Made by a program: the position numbers and the translations under genes
Notes under the pieces: generated by a model
Told to the model about the DNA's origin: nothing
Seen by the model: only the letters and a program-made list of their open reading frames with translations
The model's database searches: none
DNA from: Octopus vulgaris
Lineage: Eukaryota
DNA length: 64,000 nucleotides
NCBI GenBank assembly: GCA_951406725.2
Contig: OX597822.1
Span: forward strand, 92,690,001-92,754,000
Direction of reading: 5' to 3'
Part shown: positions 27,421-40,395 of the stretch, piece after piece
Layout of the letters: each line of letters opens with the position of its first letter
Position numbering within the stretch: position 1 is the first letter of the stretch

Positions 27421-28397
27421 CTATATATATATATATATATATGCATAGGCGTGCATGGGAGAAAAAGTACTTATATGTGCAGGCTTGGCTGTGGTAAGAA
27501 ATTTACTTCCAAACCACATGGTCCCAGGTTCAGTCCCACTGCATGACACCTCGGACAAATGTCTTCCACTATAGCCTGGGGCCAACTAAAGCTTTGTTAG
27601 TGGGTTTGATAAACAGAAACTAAAATTCTTTTAATTCTTCTATGGCCGTGCTGGAGCACTGCCTCAAAGAATTTTAGTTGAATGGATTGACTCCAGTTTT
27701 TTGTAAGCCTGGTACCTATTCTATCAGTCATTTTTGCTGAACTGTTAAGTTTCGGGGACATAAACACACCACTGCTTGTCAAGCGGTGGTGTGTCTCTCA
27801 CACACAAGCACGCACGCATGCATGCACGCACGCGTGCAGCTTCTTTCGAAACCTACTTACAAGGCTTCGGTTGGTTTGAAGCGATAGTGGAAAACACTTG
27901 CCCAAGGTGCCATGTAGAGGGACTGAACCCAGAACCCTATGGTTGGGAAACAAACTTCTTGCCACATGGCCATGCTTGTGCCTTTATGTTTATATATACC
28001 TATGTATACACAGGAAGCAGCTTATTTAGGGGCCAGGGGCTTAATTCCATAGTATTGACATAGACAGATGTACACTAATATACAAGCATGGGAATAAATG
28101 TAAAAAAATAATAATTCTCTTACTCTATCTCTCTCTCTCTCTCCCCCCCACACACACATAAACACACTCATAAAACTATCTACATGTTCATGTCTAAACA
28201 AACGTATGTGCTCCGCTCATATGCAGATATGCATAGAAGTGTGTGTATTTGTATTCTCACACACATTCATTCCTCATGTGCAATTAAAATTTATCTCCTG
28301 ACACAATAAGCCATTATTGAAATATGTTTCAAGTTATGTTTTCTTCCACATGTGGTTACCATTATTTCTTAATCAGGAAGGGATAAGATCATCATCA

Positions 28398-28434
<37 letters not shown>

Positions 28435-28436
28435 GA

Positions 28437-28832
28437 AGGCGGCGAGCTGGCAGAAATGTTAGCACGCCGGAGGAATTGCTTAGCTGTAGTTCGTCTGTCT
28501 CTACGTTCTGAGTTCAAATTCCACCGAGGTCGACTTTGCCTTTCATCCTTTCAGGGTCGATAAATTAAGTACCAGTTATGCACTGGTGTCGATGTAATCA
28601 ACTTTATCCGTTTGTCTGTCCTTGTTTGTCCTCTCTGTGTTTAGCCCCTTGTGGGTAGTAAAGAAATTGGTATTTTGTCTGTCTTTATGTTCTGATTTCT
28701 AATTCTGCCATGGTCGACTTTGCCTTCCATCCTTTTGGAAGCAATAAATTAAGTACCACTTGAACATTGTGGTCGATGTAATCAACTTGTCTCCTTCCCA
28801 AAATTTCAGGGCTTGTGCCTATAGTAGAAAGG

Positions 28833-28835
<3 letters not shown>
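28437..28835 (+). mobile_element. Second tRNA-derived SINE family (representative copy; Meta/MESC-like central domain)
   Basis: GGCGGCGAGCTGGCAGAA...GAGTTCAAATTCC...GCCTTTCATCCTTTC.GGGTCGATAAATTAAGTACCAG; (ATT)n tail. Copies at 2893-3288, 7090-7300, 8455-8660, 34800-34997, 45020-45232, 55388-55850 (-). Confidence 0.85.
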
Positions 28836-28884
<49 letters not shown>

Positions 28885-28889
<5 letters not shown>

Positions 28890-29251
28890 TCTGACTTAAC
28901 GAAGGCGGTGTTATTGTTCTCAGTCGTGTTTGTTTGTTGTTTGTCCGTGGACAAAATATCTCAAGAACCGCTGAATGGATTCAGATGAAACTTTCAGGGA
29001 TGTTTGGCCTCATGACTGGCACGAATTGATTAGATTTTGGGATTGATCCAGTACCAGACAAGGATTCTAGATTATTGTTCCTGTTTTATTTTTACTTAAT
29101 TGCTGAGAGTGGTTGGGTTAATTTCCAGTATTCTCATTTGTGAGAGCAGTTGAGTTTATTTCAGATATTCTCATTTTAAAAATCATCTCTGGCTAATCGT
29201 TGAGAGGACATTGGTTTTGCCTTGGTGGAGGTTTGCGCTCTCTCAGTGCTC
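28885..29251 (+). mobile_element. Helentron/DINE-1-like non-autonomous element
   Basis: Sub-terminal inverted repeat ACCTCTG.../...GTGGAGGT, GTTT/GTCC microsatellite near 5' end, 3' hairpin GCGCT-ctctc-AGTGC; inserted in a T-rich tract. Confidence 0.65.
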
Positions 29252-29291
29252 CGATAATGATGATGATGATGATGATGACAACGACGACGAC

Positions 29292-29322
<31 letters not shown>

Positions 29323-29546
29323 ATTAAGAAGAAGAGTGATGATGTGACAGAATTGGCAGAGTGGAGGACAAAATTCTGTGGTATTCAGTTCCTTCTTTTT
29401 ACAAGGTTTGACTTTGCCTTTCAACCTTTTGAGGTTTATAAATTAAGTGCCAGTCAAGTACTGGGGTCAATGTAATTGACTGTCCTCTCCCCACAAAATC
29501 TCAGGCCTTGTGCTTTTAGTAGAAAGGATTATTATTATCATTATTA

Positions 29547-29601
<55 letters not shown>

Positions 29602-32018
29602 GTGATGGTGGGGCTGGTGATGAATAGGGTAGTGGAAGTGAGTTGTAGGAATGGTGGTGGAGGAAGAGTGAGTTTGATACTACTACTACTACTACTACTA
29701 GTAGTAGTAGTAGTAGTAGTAGTAGTATTATAACACTTTAAAGTTGTGGTAGTGTATGGAGGGGTGGTGATGAGGGTGGATGGAGCAGGAGGGGATCGGA
29801 TGGGGTGCAAGTTTGGGCATGTGATAACAGTGGAGATGATGGTTGATGTGAATAAAGCTTGATGTTTATGTCTGTTTGTCTGTTGTTATGAAGCAGTAGT
29901 TGGTACCACCCCCCCCCTGTTAACCATACTGGGTGGCAGGGTTTTATTTGGTTCCCCTTATACTTGGTCCTCCTTGCTTCTCTCCTTCCACACACACTCA
30001 GGCTTGCTGGGTGGGGTGAGGGTTGTTGTGGTTGAGCAGGTGGGAGGGTGGGGGAAGAGGGTAGGTGTTTATGTGGAATATTGGTTAGTGTTGAAGGTAT
30101 GGGGTGGTGGGTGGCGGATGGCGGTGTGGGTTGTGTTGGCCTGATGATGGTGATGGTGGTGGTGAGAAAATAATTAAAAGCAATCAGAGATGAAGATGAG
30201 GTGTGTGAGGTGGGCATTGTTATAGCTGGTTGGTCAGAAGGTGAGGATGGTGGTGATGGTTGTTGGGGAGGGGCAGGAGTGGGGATGGGGTTGTTTGAAG
30301 AATTCCTAGGGTGGGGGTGAAGAGAATGCTGGTTGGTGGGAGATGAATACTTCCCAACAATGTGTGTGTGTATGGTGTGCCACCAACCAGAATATATATA
30401 TATATAATAAGCAGTGTCTATTGTCTGTTATTCTTTATGCTTCTGATAGTGGAGGGCACTGGTGGTGGAGAGGTGATTCAAGTTTATTATTGCTCTCTTT
30501 TGTATGTCTCTAATCCCCATCCCCACCCGGGGGGAGGGCACCTCTCCCTCTATTATTTTCACTATTTTCTCCTCCATCCCCCTGAGTAATTCCTTTTCCA
30601 ATTAAAACCTGCCATACTTATTCTTCTCCTACTCATAAGCAAGATCTTGTTTAATCCCTGATGCAGCATAATACTGCCCCCCCCCCCCCCCCCCATCACC
30701 GTTTCTCTTCCTTCCTGCTCTCCTCTCTCTGTGTATGTGTTATCAACTCATCAGATTGAGTACGTGTATCTCACCCCTTTCCTCATGCACCCTCTGCACC
30801 TGCTGCCACGCGACCAGCTGCCTGTGTGGGTGGGTGCATGTTTGTGTGTGTGTGTCCCTCATGAACACGTGTGCATGCAAGTTCACACATGTCATTCATA
30901 CTCCTCTCCTTAACCCAATTTCCTTCCCTGCCCCCCCCCCCTTTCAAGCTCCTGTTGATGTAGCCCTCTTCCTTGCTCTTTCCATGTTTCTCAAAATGGC
31001 ATCAGTGATAGTCATGAACACTCTAATGGTAAGAAGTGAGATAAGAAATGATAACAATGACCACCACAATGATGATCATTGTCATCACCATTTTAAATAG
31101 TCTAGGACATTACCCCACCCTGTGGACAATATCTCCCCCCCCCCAAGACAATTACCCCCCCCCCCCCGGACAACTGATGATGATTTAAAACTTCTTAATA
31201 TATTGGAGAGGGGGTGATTAATGAACGGGGGGGGGGGGTAATTGTCCTAGGGGATGTAATTGTCCTGATATGTTTTCAACGTCTCTTTTTGCATGGGGTC
31301 AGATGGAATTTGTTGAGGCAGATTTTCTGTGTCTGGCTGCCCTACTTGTCACCAACCCTCACATGTTTCCAGGCAAGGTAATCATTCCCCATGACCAGGC
31401 CTTTTTTTTTTTACAGAAGACTGGAAACCGATATGCTCGTTTACAACCATCATGGGTACACACAGATACACACACACCTACATGCATACATACATACATA
31501 CCCATACATGCACACACATACACACACATGCATACATAATTCACACACATACACACATACATATACGAACACATACATACATGCACACACATGCATACAG
31601 ACATATACACACATACACACACACATATATATCCATACATACACACATGCATACATACACAACACACATACATACATACACACACATGCATGCATACATT
31701 CACACAAATGTATACACAAGCATACATACACATATAAACACATACATACACACATGCATACATATATGCATACACACACACACGCACACACACATACGCA
31801 CACACATGCATACACATTCACACACATGCATATACACATGCATACATACATACACACACACATACATACATAAATGCATACATACATGCACACACACACA
31901 CACACACAAGCATACAGATACATATAGTGTTGAAAGCAGAGTTAGTACAAAAACAATTGTAAATGATCATTAAAGGTGTAAAAATCTTTCTTTGTCTTCT
32001 TAATTAGATTATATATTA

Positions 32019-32059
<41 letters not shown>

Positions 32060-32251
32060 CATATAAGTTTCTTTCAGTTTCTGTTTGTCAAATCCACTCA
32101 CAAGGCTTTGGTTGACCCAGGGCTATAATAGAAGACACTTGCTCAAGTTGCTATGCAGTGGCACTAAACCCATGACCACATGTTTGGAGGAAGACCCCCA
32201 CTTCACTTTTATCTCAATACAGTCTATGCAAGTTTATACATTTAAGTTTAA

Positions 32252-32301
32252 TTTGTCAAAATATTTTCGTTGCTAAAATCTGCGACCTGTTCACTGACAA
32301 A
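32252..32301 (-). ncRNA. Second-locus copy of the G3-C8 minimal hammerhead
   Basis: Minus strand UUUGUCA-GUGAACA-G-GUCGC(agauuuua)GCAAC-GAA-AAUAUU-U-UGACAAA; same core, different loop II. Lies in element 32238-32460. Confidence 0.65.
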
Positions 32302-32630
32302 AATCCGTGCTGCATCCATGAGAATTAAACTTAAATGTTGAAGTGAATCGAACAGCTTTTGTATGTTCCTTAAATGGCTTACAAACACCTTCCACGCTGC
32401 AATTGTTTTCGTTCCAGAACACGATCTCAGATCAAATCACTTGCTATGCGAGTACATCTCCAAATTTATACAGCTGACCCAATAGTGCCACTGCCATAAA
32501 AGCATCACCTGGGGCAGACCATACCCCTCTCCCCACTCATAGCTATGTTACTGGACAATTATGATATTTAAGATAATAGTAATTAAGACGATGGTGATGA
32601 TAAACAGTAATGAAGTTGTTGATTACTGTA

Positions 32631-32749
32631 GTGTACAGCCATATCACATTGAAAGCACTGATTCTTGTCCGATCACCGAAGTTAAGCAATGTCGAGCCTA
32701 GTTTGTACTTAGATGGGTGATCACTTGGGAAACCTAGGTGCTATAAGCG
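32631..32749 (+). pseudogene. 5S rRNA pseudogene (or 5S-derived SINE head)
   Basis: 119 nt matching metazoan 5S landmarks (GCCATA, GTCCGATCACCGAAGTTAAGC box A, GTACTTAGATGGGTGA box C, TGGGAA, GGTGCT). Many CpG>TpG/CpA substitutions; solitary copy followed by TTTT. Confidence 0.85.
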
Positions 32750-32923
32750 TCACACATTTTAGGCGCAGGAGTGGCTGTGTGGTAAGTAGCTTGTTTACCA
32801 ACCACATGGTTCCGGGTTCAGTCCCACTGTGTGGCATTTGGGCAAGTGTCTTCTACTGTAGCCTCGGACTGACCAAAGCCTTGTGAGTGGATTTGGTAGA
32901 TGGAAACTGGAAGAAGCCCATCG

Positions 32924-32964
<41 letters not shown>

Positions 32965-33399
32965 CTTTGTTTGTCCCCCTAGCATTGCTTGACAACCGAG
33001 GCTGGTGTGTTTATGTCCCCATAGGATGGGCAAAACAGGTTCAAGACTGATCAATGGGCCTGTTGTTCTTGTTCTTGTTTAAAACTGATGTTTATAATAT
33101 GTAATACTGTAGTGTGATGTAAAGGTGGCAAGCTGGCAGAATCATTAACAAGCCAGACAAAATGCTTAGCAGTATTTTGTCAGTATTTTGCGGTTCAGCA
33201 AAAGAAACCGATAGAATAAGCACTAGGCTTGCAAAGAATAAATCCCAGGATCGATTTGCTCGGCTAAAGGCAGTGTTCCAGCATGGCCGCAGTCAAATGA
33301 CTGAAATGAGTAAAAGAGTATGATGATGATGATAGCCATGACTAATGATTATGGTGATGTCAACACAACTGTGGCAATGATGATGACTAACAGTGACAA

Positions 33400-33725
33400 C
33401 AATGATGCAACAAAGATGAAATGATACAATTGAAATGAGAATGGACATGAATAAGATCGGTGATGAAGTAAAACGCAGGAGCTGGGACTGGATTGGCCAT
33501 GTCTTCAGTGAAGAGTGAGAGAACGACAGTATGGTGGCACTGAACTGGCAGCCTAGGAGGAAGAGAACAATAGGGTACTCTAAAACCCATAACATGAAGG
33601 ACTATTGACAAGAAAAGATGGGAAGGGTAGAGAAGCTGGAATAAGACTAGAAGAGTAGCAGAAAACAGAACTGGCTGGAGAGATTGCTTTGCAGCCTTAT
33701 GTGCCCTGTGGCACAGAGAGAACTA
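33400..33725 (+). mobile_element. Degenerate RTE-like LINE 3' fragment
   Basis: RRSWDWIGHV...VALNWQP.G.RT.GYSK...W; LEAVAENR.GWR-like end. Confidence 0.6.
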
Positions 33726-36106
33726 TCTAATAATGGCAGTTTACTGACCCCAAAAGGATGAAAGGCAAAGTTGACCTTGGTGAAGTTTGAACTCAGATGG
33801 TACAATGGCAATGATGATGACAACAATTTTTCCTAGTTTAAGCTTACAGTCAGCAGTTTTTAAGTGGGTGTCTGTGTGTGTGTGTGTGTGGTGGGGTTAG
33901 TCCTTACCAGTGACCCTCAGTACTTGCAGAAGTAGGTCTGTTATGAGCCTACGGACTCAAAGCTGGAGCTTAATCCAGTTACAATGACCTTTTGCCTTTT
34001 ATGTTTCAGCCGTTAGACTGTGGCCATGCTGGGGCAGTGCCTTGAAGAATTTCTAGTTGAATCAACCTCAGTACTTAATTTTTTAAACCTGGTACTCACT
34101 CTGTTGATCTCTTTTGCTGAACTGCTAAGTTACGGGGATGTAAACACAACAACAACAGTTGTCAAGTGGTGGTGGTAGTTATGAGGAGGGGCGACTGACA
34201 CAAAGCCACACACAAGATGGGCTTTTTACAGTTTCCATCTACCAAATCTACTCACAATGCTTTGATTGACCTAGTTTAGGCTATAGTAGAAGACACTTGT
34301 CCAAAGTGCCATGCAGTGAGACGGAACCTAGGACTCTGTGGTTGGAAAGCAAGTGTCTTACCACACAACCGCACCTATGCCCATATGGCATATAAATTCT
34401 GAGATTAGTGGCTTGGTGGTAAGGGTGCCACACTCACAATCATAAGATCATTGTTTCAATTCCTGGACTGAGTGTTGTGTTGTGTTCTTGAGCAAAACAC
34501 TTCATTTCATATTGCCCCAGTCCACTCAGCCGTAAATGAGTTCTAGCAATAACTGGCAAAATGAACCCTCCAACAGACCAGCATTCCATTCTGTGGGGAG
34601 AGTGTAATCTCAGTGACTTATACACCCCAGTATTTGACTGGTATTTTGATTGATTGATCCTGAAAGGATGAATGACACATTTGACCTTGATGAGATTTGA
34701 ACTCAGAATGTAAAGTATCGGAAGAAGTACAACACAGTCTTTTGCGCTGTACTCTAAAGATTCTGCTAATTGAAATGATGATGAGAACAATAATTATTGA
34801 TTTCAAATTTTGGCAGTTAGTTTTGGGGAGGAGATAATTCAATTACATAAACCCCAGTGTTCAATTGGTACTTATTTTATTGACCCTGAAAGGATAAGTC
34901 GGCCTCAACAGAATTTGAGCTCAGAACGTGAAGACGGATGAAATGTCCCTAAGCATTTTTGCCCGGTGTGCTAACGATTCTGTCAGCTCGCCACCTTCAC
35001 TCCACACTACAGTATTATACATTATAAACATCAATTTTAGACAAGAAAATAGCAACAGGCCCATTAAGGAGACTTAAACTCATGTCTATCGCTTGCCGCA
35101 TGAATTCAACAGTCGGTTGTTGAGCCTTCGCGATTTCCTCGCCCCTGTTGGATTGGGTCTATCTTAAAAATATAAATCTTATTTAGAATTCATGTCTTTT
35201 ATGTAACAGTGGGAAAATGAGAGTCAAGTATACAGCTACGCATTGGTTTGATCTTTGATCAACTCAACTGCTGTATTTCTTAAACTAATTATGATGTCAT
35301 CGGATGTCTTATGCCTGACCTTTTGTTTAGAAAATATTGGTTTCAAATTTTTGCACAAGGCCAGCAATTTCAGGGGTTGGGGTGAGTTGATTACATCAAC
35401 CCCAGTGCTCAATTGGTACTTGTTTTATCAACCCCAAAAGGATGAAAGGCAAAGTCAACCTTGGTGATGAGAATAATGATAATGATGATAAAAATTATAA
35501 ATGCTCTACATTCCACACCTAACAGAACAACCTTCAATATTTCTTTCCTGCTGGTTAACCCACATCATGACCAAACATCAATATCTCTGCAGGATGATGT
35601 AACAACTTCCACCATTCATAATTCAATGGGTGTCCTACAAATGGGAGCAGTCCATTGTTTGTGTACAACGGGAGTAATTGTTGTCTGGTTTGGTCTTTGT
35701 TGCACCTGAAGTCTGTTGTTGGGAGTGGCTAGCATTGTTGGAGACCTGGTGTGTGTGTGTGTGGGGGGGTTGAATGAGGGGAGGTATGGGTGTTCATCAA
35801 TATCAATTGTAGATGTATGAATAGCTGTGTGATTAAGGAGATTGCTTTGTAACCGTGTGGTTTCAGGTTCGTTCCTACTGTGCTCCAGTTTGGGCAAATG
35901 GCTTCTACTATAGCCTCAGGCTGAGAAAAAAGCCTTGATTAATTTATAATATATAAAAACAGAAGAAAGAATATTGTGTATGCATACATACATATGCATA
36001 CATGCCCATGCGTTTGTGTATATGTATATGTGCACATGTATATGTGTGTGTGTATATATATATATATATCTGTAAATATAATATGTGACAATTATTCGGT
36101 AGCCAA

Positions 36107-36167
36107 GATAAAACTCTGAGTTTCGGATGCCAAGGTGGAAATCCACACCACCATCTCTTCAGTTATC
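36107..36167 (-). ncRNA. Type I hammerhead motif with long stem II (another family)
   Basis: Minus strand GAUAA-CUGAAGA-GAUG...(GUGG/CCAC hairpin)...CAUC-C-GAA-ACUCAGAGU-U-UUAUC. Element ~36068-36220 includes an inverted piece of its own end. Confidence 0.7.
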
Positions 36168-36402
36168 CAGCCATCGGAAAGATGCATCTCTTTCTTTTGT
36201 TATCTTACTGTTTTTACCAATATATATATTATCATCATCATCATCATCATCATTTAATGTCTGTTTGACAGGAGCCAGCCAAATAGAAAACTACCCCAGG
36301 CTACTGTGTCCGTTTTGCCCATCCTAATACTAACCACTCTGCAGATTGAGTTGAATGACCTTCTTTAAGATATAGTGTACGAGGTCTTCCACAAGATTAA
36401 AT

Positions 36403-36850
36403 CCTTGTTGTTGGATGCTGGCTTGAGTGCCTCAATGACACAGAGCTATGCCAGTGGGGCACAAGCCCTTAAAGAGCCTGCCATGTTAGGAAAATGTAAA
36501 CTCATTTTGCATAGAGCCAGAAAACCTGCCGAGAAGGAAGCAAAGTTACAGAAGCAATGAAGACGATATATCTCCATTATGAAAACTGTCAACATCATCA
36601 GTGGAATGGCTGAACCCAGGGCACAGTGTTGTAGGGGAGAAGGAAATGGAACACTACCTTTTCATATCTAAATGGGCAGAGACACATACACACCTGTACA
36701 CATTCATAACCATTCCCAACATATAGAACAGAGAGGAGAGACAGAGAGAATTGAAGAGACAACCACAAAGTAGACGAAGCAGGTTCTGTATCAACTGCCT
36801 CGCCGACAGCACTCCAAGATGCCAACCCAGTGACCAAGACATAAATAGCA
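36403..36850 (+). mobile_element. Internally deleted (bipartite) RTE-derived element: 5' UTR head plus decayed 3' end
   Basis: Head CCTTGTTGTTGGATGCTGGCTTGAGTGCCTCAATGA...AGAGCTATGCC shared with 37880-37976(-); remainder resembles an RTE C-terminus. Confidence 0.5.
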
Positions 36851-37771
36851 ACAACAATAACAATATCGATAGCAAGAATAACAGCAGGGATTTCTGAGTT
36901 GAAAATCGTTTAAGGTCAACTCTGCATTTCATCCTTCTTTGGCTGATAAAGTACCAGGCAAATACTAGGGTCAATTTTTCTCTCTCTCTCTTAATTGGTT
37001 ACATTGTTCTATGAAAAGGATCTCTTTTATTTGTTTCGGTTATTTGGCTGGAGCACCGCCTTTAGTTGAACAAATCAACCCCAGGACTTATTCTTTGTAA
37101 GCCTAGTACTTATTCTATCATTCTCTTTTGCCGAATCACTAAGTTACAGGGATGTAAACATGCCAGCATTGGTTGTCAAGCGATGGTGGGGGGACAAACA
37201 CAGAAAGACATACGATGATGATGATGATGATAGGATGAGCTTCTTTCAGTTTCTGCCTACCAAATCCACTCACAAGGCTTTGGTCGACCCGAGGCTATAG
37301 TAGAAGACACTTGCCCAAGGTGTCATGCAGTGGGACTGAGCCCAGAGCCATGTGGTTGATAAGCAAGCAGTAGAGGGGTCACAATTTCCTGTTTTCTAGA
37401 AATGGAGAAGGGCTGAGTGAGGGGCTATCGATCTCTTATTATATGGACCAATGTGCAGTATATTGTGGAATGGAAATAAAAGCAGAAGGAATATTATGCT
37501 CATCATTCAAGGCCAGAATTAGGAAACAAAATATGCTGAAACTTGTATTGATTCCAGTTGTAACAACAAGCACCCATTGTTCCTGTTATCTGATGCTGTG
37601 TAACTTTTCATTACCAATATATGTATAATTCATATTATATCTGTCTGCCACTAGAAACATTTACATAAATCACAAACACCTACCTTTTCTTCTCTCTCCT
37701 CCTCATGAAACAAAACTGGAGTATTTCTCTCATTTATGGGACAGTATTATTGTATACACAAAACATGCGGT

Positions 37772-37976
37772 TCTTACTTTAACTCTTTCCTTCCTGTGGA
37801 GCCTAGACCATTGATGACTTTTCTCTCCTGTTCTTGGCTCTGGGCCAAGGTGGTCCTTATTATTTCAGCCTCTATCCTTTCATTTCCCCAGCATGGGAAG
37901 CCCTTTAAGAGCTTGTGCCCCACTGGCATAGCTCTTAGGATCATTGAGGCCCTCAAGCCAGCACTCCACAATTAAG
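37772..37976 (-). mobile_element. ~200-bp bipartite RTE-derived non-autonomous element
   Basis: Same 5' head fused directly to an RTE-like terminus (LAQSQEQERKVINGLGSTG). Confidence 0.5.
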
Positions 37977-38585
37977 ATTTGACATCCTAAAAAAGCTATT
38001 TAACTCGATCAGCAAACATGCTCAACTCTCAACTATTTCCACTGTCCACATCATTGTTACAACCTTAACTTCTGTTCTTCTGATCTAATTTGCTGTGTAA
38101 TATACTCCTTATCATCTGGGTTGATCAAACCTCCTTGTCTGTTCTCAATAATACCATTATTCCTCTCTCACCCAATCACCTGCCTACCCAAATGATTCAC
38201 AGAGTCCTTTCCTTCCAGATGCACAACCCTGTAGGGTTCCTGACTGTTGCATTTCCTCCCTTGACTAAGTTGTAAAATCATTAAAAATATGTTTGGACAA
38301 TCATTTTGGAGAGGAATTGCAGAATCTCATCACCATCACATGTCAGATTTCCATGCTGGCATGAGTTGAAAAAAATCACCACAATCCACATTAGTTCTTA
38401 TTAGAAGTTGCTGTCTTTGAAGACAGGGTGGAGGACCACATCTTGATCATATGTTTCCCATTTAACATGGTTTCTATGGCCGGATGCCCTAACATAGCAC
38501 TAATTACAGTTCTATATTTAAGATATGAGGAATTATGTACATTATTTACATTTGACGGATATTTGTCCTCATCTTGTTTGTTGTT

Positions 38586-38631
38586 AACACAACGTTTCGG
38601 CTGATATACCCTCCAGCCTTCATCAGGTGTC
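38586..38631 (-). ncRNA. Minimal type I hammerhead ribozyme (intact copy)
   Basis: Minus strand gACAC-CUGAUGA-A-GGCUG(gaggguauau)CAGCC-GAA-ACGU-U-GUGUu. Palindromic stem III ACGU is typical of dimer-type Penelope hammerheads. Confidence 0.8.
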
Positions 38632-38647
38632 TTGGGGAAATTTCGAA

Positions 38648-38694
<47 letters not shown>

Positions 38695-38752
38695 CAACAA
38701 CAACATTGAAAGATACCTTAGGAATGAGAACCCAGGTTTGAAATTTCCCCAA

Positions 38753-38798
38753 GACACCTGATGAAGGCTGGAGGGTATATCAGCTGAAATGTTGTGTT
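38753..38798 (+). ncRNA. Minimal type I hammerhead ribozyme (CpG-decayed copy)
   Basis: gACAC-CUGAUGA-A-GGCUG...CAGCU-GAA-AUGU-U-GUGUu; two C>T changes relative to the minus-strand arm. Confidence 0.65.
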
Positions 38799-40005
38799 AA
38801 CAACAAACAAGATGAGGACTAAATATCCGTCAAATGTAAATAATATAGCACTAATTACTTTACAGAACATACAGGGTGCTTTTTGTCATGGTACCAATGC
38901 TAGAAAAGTTATCAAGTCCTTAGCAAGATTAAGGTGTTCTTTTGATTATATGACCTCCACTTGTTTGCCAACCACTTTACTGACTGTGTTGGGTTTGCTT
39001 TTATATAGCACTGTCATCATCATCTTCATCTTCATCATCATCATCGTTGTCGTTATTGTTTAATGTCCTTTTTCCAAGCTGGCAGGAATTGGACAATTTG
39101 ATGAGAAGCAATGGACCCGAGGACTGTGCCAAACAACAATGCCTGCTTTGGCAGGGTTTCCATAGCTTGATGCTCTTCCTAATGTTAACCACTTCTCAGG
39201 GTGTAGTGAGTGTTTTGCTTTTATGGTACTTATGAGACCATCAAGTAGCTTGTAAGAACAACCATTCAACTGAGGAGTCTTGTGTGTGTGTGTGTGTGTG
39301 TGTGTTTATTTGTGTAAAATGGTGGGTCAAGTTACATCTCTCTGCATTAAAGGCTAACTTTGCCATTTAATAAAGATCGATAGAATGAACACCAGACTGC
39401 AGTATGACTAGGGTTGATATGCTTGACTAAAAACTCTCAGAGCGGTGTCATATCATGACCTCAGTCCTGTGACTGAAACCAGGAGAAGAATAAAACAATC
39501 TACATGTTCTTCAGGTTATGTCCAGTGGCCACAGCTTAATCTGAAGAGTTCGACTACATTGGAAACCATACAGAAATAATAACACACACACAGCAACAGT
39601 TTTGGCTGGTTTCTCACTGTTGCTGCATTTATTGAGAAGTGAAAGTAGCATGGTGTATGGTGAGGAGCTGAGGCCTGTTCACCTGATGTCAGCATCGAGG
39701 AACTGATGGAAAAGGATGATGTGATAGGCCTAACATGATTGATTGTCCTTTCTCCTCATTGGTTGACAATATTTCAGAGACAGTAACTTAACCAGTTTTG
39801 CTGTGCCTGGCCTGTTTTCAGAAGCTCTAAGTACACCTACCATTCTCTTCATTCATGGATATGTCATGAAAGAAAGACAAGTCAATATGTTGGCAACATT
39901 CATGGAGCCCCAAGGGATGCTAGATTTCTTTAAGATTTCTCCCTCCAGATTTTCTGTTAAGGTTTAATCCCTTAGCTTTTTCTAAACATTCAAAAATTTG
40001 ATAGC

Positions 40006-40205
40006 ATGTTGTCAACTTCATGTGACAGTTCCATAAAAAGAAGAATGCTACTGTTATTTAGCCTTAGGAAACTCCATTTCCTGTTGGACTTGACACATTT
40101 CCTGTGTCCTTATGTGTCAAGTCCAACAGGAAACAGTGTTTCCTAGGGCTAAATAACAGTAGCATTCTTCCCTTTTATGGAACTGTCACATTAAGTTGAC
40201 AACAT
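40006..40205. repeat. Near-perfect 200-bp palindrome
   Basis: Arms 40006-40098 and 40112-40205 with few mismatches; 13-nt loop. Confidence 0.9.
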
Positions 40206-40395
40206 ACCTTCACTTTATTGTGCTGCTACTGCATAAATCTCTCTGAGAGATTTAGAAATATATTATTTCTATATTCAAAAATTTATCCCACAAGGTGGCA
40301 AGGATATTATTATAGTGGGTATGGTTTGTGCAGAACCAATCTCATTCTTTCATCCCTCAAACATATTTTGGTCTGGTGCAAGAAGTGCTTGAAGG

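Larger units (their letters stand above)
38508..38844. mobile_element. Penelope-like inverted pLTR insertion with 14-bp TSD
   Basis: ~110-bp inverted arms 38541-38651 and 38733-38844. Duplication ATAGCACTAATTAC at 38494-38507 and 38845-38858. Each arm carries a minimal hammerhead. Confidence 0.75.

Noticed and set aside
35040-35175. CpG-containing patch with an open minus-strand frame and AG acceptor
   Set aside because: No recognisable protein motif, donor or partner exons.
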